This document shows positions 39,696-46,392 of a stretch of 61,947 bases of DNA, piece by piece. The position numbers and the translations under genes were made by a program. The number at the start of each line of letters is the position of its first letter. Position 1 is the stretch's first letter. The notes below the pieces were generated by a model that made no database searches, was not told the DNA's origin, and saw nothing but the letters and a program-made list of their open reading frames with translations. The stretch comes from Clostridiales bacterium (GTDB taxonomy: Bacteria > Bacillota > Clostridia > Christensenellales > CAG-314): contig JAFLVL010000002.1 in assembly GCA_022508325.1 (NCBI GenBank), positions 1-61,947 of the forward strand, read 5' to 3'.

Positions 39696-39971
39696 TTACT
39701 TTAGCTGATTAAGAATAAATTGTTCTAAGGCTTCTTGTAGGGATGGACCGTCATCATTAAATTCGACCTTTACAGGCGTATCTCCGACTTTGAATAAATA
39801 CGGATTTTTAATTTGTGCCATGAAAGACAGTATACGCTCAAGTACCGGTTTCGAAGTGTCTATATGTACGGTTCTTATGTCTACCAAATCTTCCAGCTTT
39901 ACATCACCAATATCCAAAGACTTAAGGCATTCCAATTGTTTTGACAAATTCTCTTTGTTTTTTTCACTCAT
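39696..39971 (-). CDS. small conserved hypothetical protein, DUF6870-like (assigned from memory)
   Basis: 'LVDIRTVHIDTSKPVLERILSFMAQIKNPYLFKVGDTPVKVEF' matches the pattern I recall for DUF6870 proteins on Firmicutes mobile elements. Confidence 0.4.
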   Translation of the reverse strand: MSEKNKENLSKQLECLKSLDIGDVKLEDLVDIRTVHIDTSKPVLERILSFMAQIKNPYLFKVGDTPVKVEFNDDGPSLQEALEQFILNQLK

Positions 39972-40114
39972 GCAATTTTCCCCTTATGTTATTACCTATG
40001 ATAATTATAGCATACTGCTTATATTTATCTATACTTATAGGCAAAAATCCTGTGAGTAAACATTTTATATATTAGAACGTCGGATTTAATTCAATGATAA
40101 TTTTTTTAAATTAA

Positions 40115-40150
40115 AAATAATATGGCAGTAAATTTACCGCCATATTATTT
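40115..40150 (-). terminator. terminator hairpin at the end of the RloB-like gene
   Basis: Stem AAATAATATGGC / GCCATATTATTT (40115-40126 / 40139-40150) with a T-rich tail on the minus strand. Confidence 0.5.
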
Positions 40151-40764
40151 TAATTAAATTTCTTTTCAATTTTAGTAACCCAAGAGGTATCAGCTTGTTC
40201 AAGTTTATCTAACAATTCTATAAAATTTGAACTTGGCACTTCTTGCCATTCACATGAGATAGCAGACAAATTGGCTTTCATAACAGAATAATTAGAAGAA
40301 TTTACTTGCTTCATTATTGTCTCTCGTTGATTTGCTTTGGCTTGATATTCCTCTACTCCTGTCAACCTTTTTATAACTGGTGCATTTTTTACTTTACTAT
40401 TTGACGATAATCGAACCGAATTAAAATGCGACAAAATTATTTGCATCGTACAAGGATTTGCAAAAAACACAATGTCCTTTGCCACTTTCTTATTGTGATA
40501 TTTATCTATCTTTTTAATTAAGTTTTTGAATTGACCATACGGCTCAATTTCAGTATCGCAGAAAATCATAATCAAATCTGAATTGTCATTTTGGAATTCA
40601 TTTTGATAAACTGCAGTAATGTTGTCAATCGACCTAGCGTTTTTCAGTTTGATTGTATAATTTGAGTGAAATACTTTACATTCTATTAATTTAGAAAAAT
40701 AATCGTACTCTTCATAGCCTTCACAAATTATACATATCTTCTTTTGTGAAAATTTATTACTCAT
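40150..40764 (-). CDS. RloB-family protein (AbiLii-like)
   Basis: N-terminal 'KKICIICEGYEEYDYF' matches the RloB hallmark (i-x-CEG-x-x-E-x-x-YF). The ATG at 40764 overlaps the ATPase stop by 8 nt (ATGAGTAA). Confidence 0.65.
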   Translation of the reverse strand: MSNKFSQKKICIICEGYEEYDYFSKLIECKVFHSNYTIKLKNARSIDNITAVYQNEFQNDNSDLIMIFCDTEIEPYGQFKNLIKKIDKYHNKKVAKDIVFFANPCTMQIILSHFNSVRLSSNSKVKNAPVIKRLTGVEEYQAKANQRETIMKQVNSSNYSVMKANLSAISCEWQEVPSSNFIELLDKLEQADTSWVTKIEKKFN

Positions 40765-42040
40765 CTGCACTGTCCCCCAACAAAATTGAAATTAAGTCGG
40801 GCTCAGGTAATGCTCCAAGAGCACCTAATTTATACTTTTCTAATAAATCAGACTCTGAACGAATATTATCTTTATGTGCAGTATAGTCTTTTAGCGAATA
40901 AATATATGCACCTTCATCATTCTTTGCAGCAAACCAAATCTGATCTTTTCTGAATAATTTTTTGCAGTCCAATAAAGTGCCATCATGTGCTGAAAAAATT
41001 ATCTGCGCTTTAGTATTTAATTCGTTATTAAATAAAGATATTATTGCACGAGTTAATTTAAAATGAAGACTGCTATCTAGTTCGTCAACAATAAGAATTT
41101 TCCCTTCTTCAAGAGCTTCAATTATAAAGCTCGCCAAAGAAACCATTTTTTTCGTTCCAGTAGAATCATAGATAAGACTCTGTACAGGCTTGCCTTTATG
41201 AATTGACGTCAGCCTTAACATATCTTCAAATGCAACTGTAAGCTGCAAAACCTGTTCCTGTGGAGCCGAATACTGATAAATATTGGGATTTCTTTTTACA
41301 CTTTCATTATCGCTTTTTACATACTTATAATCTTCTATATCTAAATCCGCTAGTTTTATTAGCTCGACTATTCTATTACCTATTTCTTTATTCTCTTTTA
41401 AAGTCTGTATAGTTTTGCCAAGCGGAATATTATTTGCGTCCAACACTTCTATCTTAAAAGCAAAACTTCTTAAAATATTTTTGTAATATTCAATAATAGG
41501 AAATTTTTCACTATTAATTGTATATATCAAAATATTGTCAGGTGATACAGCTTTAAGCAATACATTTAATTCTTCATTATCAGCAAACTTATAAACATTA
41601 TTTACCATGTCTCTGATATAAATTTCTTTTTCACTTTCAGTTCCATATTTATCAACAGTAATTTCGGCAAGTCTCTCGTATACAAATCCTCTTTTATACT
41701 GATTTGTTATGGTTGAATCATATCCAAAATCATAACTATATGCCTTCCCATCAAATAAGAAAGAAATTCCAAGAAGGCACAAATTATTATTAGTAAATAG
41801 ATTGGGAGGAACTTCTGCTACAATGCCCAATAAAACATTGCGAATAGAATTTATTGCTCTTATAACACATGTTTTACCAACATTATTACCACCATATATA
41901 CAAGCTGCTTTTACTACATTAAAATTATTCTGCTGATATACATTAGAATAAAATTTTTTAATTCTCATATCTGCAATTAATGACATTTCTGTTTTATTTG
42001 CATAAACAAGAAAATTATTAACTCTTATACTTAAAATCAT
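40757..42040 (-). CDS. ABC/SMC-like AAA_21-type ATPase (RloA / AbiLi-like)
   Basis: Walker A 'GGNNVGKT' near the N-terminus and distal 'ILIVDELDSSLHFKL' (Walker B / D-loop) and 'FSAHD' (H-loop). The ATG at 42040 has a GAGG Shine-Dalgarno; the track start at 42109 is GTG. Confidence 0.7.
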   Translation of the reverse strand: MILSIRVNNFLVYANKTEMSLIADMRIKKFYSNVYQQNNFNVVKAACIYGGNNVGKTCVIRAINSIRNVLLGIVAEVPPNLFTNNNLCLLGISFLFDGKAYSYDFGYDSTITNQYKRGFVYERLAEITVDKYGTESEKEIYIRDMVNNVYKFADNEELNVLLKAVSPDNILIYTINSEKFPIIEYYKNILRSFAFKIEVLDANNIPLGKTIQTLKENKEIGNRIVELIKLADLDIEDYKYVKSDNESVKRNPNIYQYSAPQEQVLQLTVAFEDMLRLTSIHKGKPVQSLIYDSTGTKKMVSLASFIIEALEEGKILIVDELDSSLHFKLTRAIISLFNNELNTKAQIIFSAHDGTLLDCKKLFRKDQIWFAAKNDEGAYIYSLKDYTAHKDNIRSESDLLEKYKLGALGALPEPDLISILLGDSADE

Positions 42041-42069
42041 TTTAAACCTCGCTTTATATTTATATTTAT

Positions 42070-42098
42070 AGTATACCACTAAAATATTTTTTGTGCAA
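42070..42098 (-). promoter_or_regulatory. candidate promoter TTGCAC-N17-TATACT for the ATPase/RloB pair, with an inverted repeat over the -35
   Basis: The reverse complement of 42093-42098 is TTGCAC and of 42070-42075 is TATACT. GTGCAA-N5-TTGCAC inverted repeat at 42093-42109. Confidence 0.4.
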
Positions 42099-42162
42099 TA
42101 TTTTTGCACGAAAAATATTTATTTTTATTATTCCCTGAAACACTTGTTTTAAACTGACTACA

Positions 42163-42197
42163 AAAAAGTATCCGAAAACATCTCCCGGATACTTTTT
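42163..42197. terminator. bidirectional rho-independent terminator
   Basis: Stem AAAAAGTATCCG / CGGATACTTTTT with an 11-nt loop. It probably ends readthrough from the radical SAM operon. Confidence 0.6.
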
Positions 42198-42826
42198 AAC
42201 TCTGATACTTTGGTCGCAAAAGGACTTAGAAACTTTACAAGTAAATTATATCACAGCTTCATCTACTAATCAATGATTAACTTTTACTTATTTTGTCGAA
42301 TTATTATTTTTAAAGTAAAATAAATTTATAGTGTAAAAGAGTTTATTAATTAACTAATTACAGTTTACACAAACCAATACTATCTTTCAAACTTATAATT
42401 CAATATACTTTATTATGAAATATAAAATGTAAACAGAGTTTTCTGCTGAGATTCATCGTTATAATTTCATATACTAAAATCAGTACAAAATGGTTAAGCA
42501 AATAAAATATTTTTGATTTTATCCGATATTACATATTGACATCAATATGCGAAAATGTATATCTTGAATAAATCCAGTATCCTCGTCAATCTCATTCAAA
42601 GCACCTGATATATTCTTATGTATTAAAACATCTTTCATCAGATGAAAATCCTCATATTTAGTCTATCATATTTTAAAACTAATATTAACTGTTGTTTTTT
42701 ATGAATTACATGTACAGATTACGCGCTTTCAACTATAAAACTATTGTATCTCTGTTATTACGTACTTTAATAGCACAAAAAAGAGTTCCACTCTGTAAGC
42801 GTAGCACTCATATTTTGAGATAAATT

Positions 42827-43939
42827 CTATTTTGTTAAATTTTCTTTTATTATCTTTTGAGCGTAAGGATTTATATTACATAAATCAATTTCAGATAAGC
42901 GCACTTCAATGTTATCATAAACCATATTCGTAACATAACACTCAAAAGAACTTTTTCTTTGTAAACTTCCATCTAATAAACACGACGCATTACAGCCACT
43001 GTTACATTTAGTTATCCACTTGCATTTTTTACAACTAGTTATTCGGATTTCATTGTCTTTTAAGATATTAAGGAATGGCTTACTTAAAAAAGCTTCTCGT
43101 ACATCTGAAATCTCAAAAACATTAGCTAATTTAAATCCATCCTTTATTAATCGTCCACAAGGATAAATATCGCCATATGCATCTATAGCAATATATCTAA
43201 ACAAACATCCATGGTTTAGACATCCCGATTTAACGCCAAAATACTGGTGTAACAAATCTACACAAGACGCGACTCGAATGTTACATTTTTTATCATATAG
43301 CCAGTAATTAAACAATTCGATAAAATTATTTGTCCATTCTTCTTTACTAAGAGAAAAATCTTCATGTTGTTTGGCCGCACCATCAGGGAAAATATGGTTA
43401 AATTTTACAGGAATATTTCTTTGCTTGAAACACTCATACATATCCAATAAATGATTTATCGACTTAGATGAAACTGTAGCTAAGCAACTAAATGGCACCC
43501 CCTGTTCTTGCAATTTTGCAATTACTTTCTCTACTTTCTCCGTTTGTTGTCGCATATATGAATTATATGGTCCGTCATAGGATATAGATATGGATGTTTT
43601 GTTTGCTTGAAATAAGACTATAAACTCGTCAGTTAGAAGTGTCCCATTTGTCTGCAAATTAAACCTAAACTTGCAATCAAATTTATTCGAAAAAGTGTCA
43701 AACATTTTGTATGCCTTTTCGAAAAACTCAAATCCGGCTAACAGTGGTTCTCCTCCATGCCATATTATTTTTATTGTACTATAATTGGGCGCAAGAATAC
43801 TCAAAAATCTCTCAAGAGTACCTATTTCCATTATTTTTGTATCATATCCCGTATCTGCATGGTAACAATGCAAACATCTTAAATTGCAGGCGTTAGTGGG
43901 TTCTAATAATACGAGTATATCTTTGCTGAAATTCATCAT
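42827..43939 (-). CDS. radical SAM / SPASM-domain enzyme, anSME-like architecture
   Basis: 'CNLRCLHC' (CX3CX2C) at residues 18-25. C-terminal 'CLFRYIAIDAYGDIYPC' (CX10GX4C) and 'CKKCKWITKCNSGC' (CX2CX5CX3C) form the SPASM motif. Blocks 'GGEPLLAG.EFFEK', 'LQTNGTLL', 'SYDGP' and 'CKKCKW' resemble anaerobic sulfatase-maturating enzymes. No N-terminal RRE extension. Confidence 0.85.
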   Translation of the reverse strand: MMNFSKDILVLLEPTNACNLRCLHCYHADTGYDTKIMEIGTLERFLSILAPNYSTIKIIWHGGEPLLAGFEFFEKAYKMFDTFSNKFDCKFRFNLQTNGTLLTDEFIVLFQANKTSISISYDGPYNSYMRQQTEKVEKVIAKLQEQGVPFSCLATVSSKSINHLLDMYECFKQRNIPVKFNHIFPDGAAKQHEDFSLSKEEWTNNFIELFNYWLYDKKCNIRVASCVDLLHQYFGVKSGCLNHGCLFRYIAIDAYGDIYPCGRLIKDGFKLANVFEISDVREAFLSKPFLNILKDNEIRITSCKKCKWITKCNSGCNASCLLDGSLQRKSSFECYVTNMVYDNIEVRLSEIDLCNINPYAQKIIKENLTK

Positions 43940-43951
43940 TTTATTTTACCT

Positions 43952-44131
43952 TTAATATACTGGTAACTCTGAATATTCGGAGTACTCAGAATACTGTGAA
44001 TAATCAGAGTAATCGGCATCGCTATCAGAGTAATAAAAAATAAACGCATCATAATCCGTAATGGTCTGCGACAACAACCTTTTATATTTATCGTACAATT
44101 TAATTAGTTTTTGTTTATTCTTGTCATTCAT
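43952..44131 (-). CDS. unannotated 59-aa ORF, candidate radical SAM substrate peptide
   Basis: Hand translation: MNDKNKQKLIKLYDKYKRLLSQTITDYDAFIFYYSDSDADYSDYSQYSEYSEYSELPVY. The ATG overlaps the upstream stop by 8 nt (ATGAATGA), and the TAA lies 12 nt before the radical SAM ATG. It falls one residue below the 60-aa track cutoff. Confidence 0.55.
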   Translation of the reverse strand: MNDKNKQKLIKLYDKYKRLLSQTITDYDAFIFYYSDSDADYSDYSQYSEYSEYSELPVY

Positions 44132-45530
44132 GCGTTTTCACCTCGCTATATATAAATTTTATGAATGGATGCACCTCATATATATCTTTATCAATAATCC
44201 TTGTTTTCAAAATGATAGTCGAATCCAATAAAAACTGTTTTAATGTTTTTCGTTTGAAAGCTGACGTTCCAACGCCACCAGCCCTTGTACGTATCCTTAA
44301 TAACGAATCATCGAATTCTTTCTCACTCATCTTGCTACTAACGCTAATGATATATTTTTTTATATCTGCGATAGTATCTTTGTTGCGATGACAATCTGTG
44401 TATAGAGAAAGTGTCTCAAAATAGTCATCAATAATATCACGCTCTCTAGATTTAGCATTAGAGAATTCTTCATTGCGATAATATTTTTTTAGAGTCATTT
44501 CATCGTAACAATATTTATTTTCTATTCCACAAAAATTATTAGATGTGTTTAATGAATGAGATAATGGTAGAAAAATCCAATATGGATTATTGCCACTGTT
44601 GTCAATAACTTGTTTTAAAAATTCATTATTTGTTAGATGTGCTTTTTTTCCATTAAAATATAATGAACACTTACACTCCTCTTTCATTTTTTTGCATCGA
44701 TAAATTTGATTAGCGCATCCTTTGCCGTTTTTATGCTTTCTAGTATATGTTCTGATAGAACGAAGCATTATATCTAAGACTTCGTCTTCGCTTAATTGAG
44801 GCCAAGCATAGTTTAAGTCTTGAATCTTGCTTCGATATTCTACAGGCAACTTTCCACTGCCATTATCGAAACATTCAAATAAGCTTGTTTCAACTGCAAT
44901 GATAAATATTGGATTTCGGGATTTTAAAAAGAATTCAAAACATACTTTTCTAAATCTTGTAACTTGTTCACAACTATATTTGCTCCTTAATTTATTTCGA
45001 CAAAAACTATCGAAATTATCAACCAAATAAATAGTCTTTTGGTTTGTAGTCGGAAACATTTTTCTTAAAAACGCACCAATGATATTTCCATCATTTATCA
45101 TTTCCGACGAAAAACAGACATTTCCAAATTTTTCATTTGCATCAACTAATTGAACAGATTCACCATTCACACAAAAATTGTTAAGTCTTTCTCTTAATAA
45201 TTCCAAAAATGGTGATTTTCCAATATATCGCCCTCCATAAAAAAAGGTTTTATAACTACTGCCCAAAATACCCTCTAGAAGTTTGGCTCCACACATGCCT
45301 TTATTATCTACACAAACCCTAAGAACCTCTTGATATACAATCCTTTGCAATTCCACACAAGTATCATCAGCCAAATCAGCGTTTAGCGTATCTATGCCAT
45401 CTTTAGTCAAACTGTTAAAATACTTCAACATGCAATAGTACTTTATTTTTTTTGAAATTACTTCTGACTTGTTTGGTCTAACTACTTGTTCGTCCAATTC
45501 ATCAAGAGGTCTAAATCTTTTTTTACCCAT
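44124..45530 (-). CDS. P-loop NTPase of unknown family
   Basis: Walker A 'GGRYIGKS' (residues 99-106), Walker B 'TIYLVD' (166-171), Cys cluster 'CANQIYRCKKMKEECKC'. GAGGATGAG Shine-Dalgarno upstream. No family recognised. Confidence 0.55.
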   Translation of the reverse strand: MGKKRFRPLDELDEQVVRPNKSEVISKKIKYYCMLKYFNSLTKDGIDTLNADLADDTCVELQRIVYQEVLRVCVDNKGMCGAKLLEGILGSSYKTFFYGGRYIGKSPFLELLRERLNNFCVNGESVQLVDANEKFGNVCFSSEMINDGNIIGAFLRKMFPTTNQKTIYLVDNFDSFCRNKLRSKYSCEQVTRFRKVCFEFFLKSRNPIFIIAVETSLFECFDNGSGKLPVEYRSKIQDLNYAWPQLSEDEVLDIMLRSIRTYTRKHKNGKGCANQIYRCKKMKEECKCSLYFNGKKAHLTNNEFLKQVIDNSGNNPYWIFLPLSHSLNTSNNFCGIENKYCYDEMTLKKYYRNEEFSNAKSRERDIIDDYFETLSLYTDCHRNKDTIADIKKYIISVSSKMSEKEFDDSLLRIRTRAGGVGTSAFKRKTLKQFLLDSTIILKTRIIDKDIYEVHPFIKFIYSEVKTHE

Positions 45531-45557
45531 AGTTGCTCATCCTCAGTAAAGTCAAGT

Positions 45558-46241
45558 TTATTTCCTGCTTATTAATTGCTTTAAAATAAAAATGTTTTCC
45601 ACCATACCCTTGATATAGACCTTAAGTGCTGTATAATTATCACTGCTATTGTCTATTCTCTCGTTAAATTCTTCAATATAGGATTCCACCTTATGTAGCG
45701 TAACCGAAATTTGACCTTTCTTTTGTTTTTTTCTCATCCAGTTCTGAAAAACAATGTACCTAGGAATATTATAAAATATACTATCACTTTCAACCGAACA
45801 ACAAACGTTACGTATGCTTTCTATACCTAACCCGTTTTTAATGTTATTGTAAATAACTTTATATTGTTCATCATCAAGTTGCGGAATTATTTTAAAATTA
45901 GGTATAGTCTTACCAAACATTTTTTTAATTAAGACATCTAACTCCTCATTAATCACGCAGACGAGCGATTGATACTTATCCAATGTTTTCCATTGATGAA
46001 TGTAGGTAGCTTCAAATATAAAGCCAATACAGACACCTGCAAAACTTCCAACGAAACTCGATAAAACATTAATTACATAGTCATCTTTCAAGGCAAGAAA
46101 CTTAAGTTTCAAAAACATTTGCATCAATAATTTTATTAAAATCGGTGCAATACACAAGCATAATGCAAATATCAGAAATGATTTTAAAATAATTACAAAT
46201 CTATGCCAACCGACTGAATAATATTTGTTATCTTTATCCAT
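45558..46241 (-). CDS. 2-TM membrane protein of unknown function
   Basis: Two N-terminal hydrophobic helices ('FVIILKSFLIFALCLCIAPILIKLL', 'VINVLSSFVGSFAGVCIGFIF') followed by a roughly 140-aa soluble region. First gene of the four-gene operon. Confidence 0.5.
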   Translation of the reverse strand: MDKDNKYYSVGWHRFVIILKSFLIFALCLCIAPILIKLLMQMFLKLKFLALKDDYVINVLSSFVGSFAGVCIGFIFEATYIHQWKTLDKYQSLVCVINEELDVLIKKMFGKTIPNFKIIPQLDDEQYKVIYNNIKNGLGIESIRNVCCSVESDSIFYNIPRYIVFQNWMRKKQKKGQISVTLHKVESYIEEFNERIDNSSDNYTALKVYIKGMVENIFILKQLISRK

Positions 46242-46363
46242 TTTTTATTTCCTAAACTAATATGTTATAAACTACGAATAGTCAATTCTTGCTGGAATTT
46301 ATTTATATATACTTATTTCTTACCGAGCCATAAACAACAATTTCATCAATAACTGGTAGATTT

Positions 46364-46387
46364 ACAAACGAATTTTTTTTCGTTTGT
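46364..46387 (-). terminator. hairpin just after the CD-NTase stop (weak terminator candidate)
   Basis: 9-bp stem ACAAACGAA / TTCGTTTGT with a 6-nt loop, but no U-run after the stem on the minus strand. Confidence 0.3.
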
Positions 46388-46392
46388 CATTG

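Noticed and set aside
43936-44052. An alternative-frame 38-aa hydrophobic ORF (MMRLFFITLIAMPITLIIHSILSTPNIQSYQYIKGKIK) overlaps the 59-aa ORF, and its TGA overlaps the rSAM ATG.
   Set aside because: It is shorter, has only a weak Shine-Dalgarno, and its hydrophobicity is what an off-frame reading of a T-rich stretch produces. The 59-aa frame has a codon-diverse amino-acid repeat and a start coupled to the upstream stop. Without expression data I cannot fully exclude it.
43952-44131. I considered the peptide as a sactipeptide/ranthipeptide precursor or a SCIFF-type peptide.
   Set aside because: The ORF contains no cysteine, so thioether chemistry is impossible.
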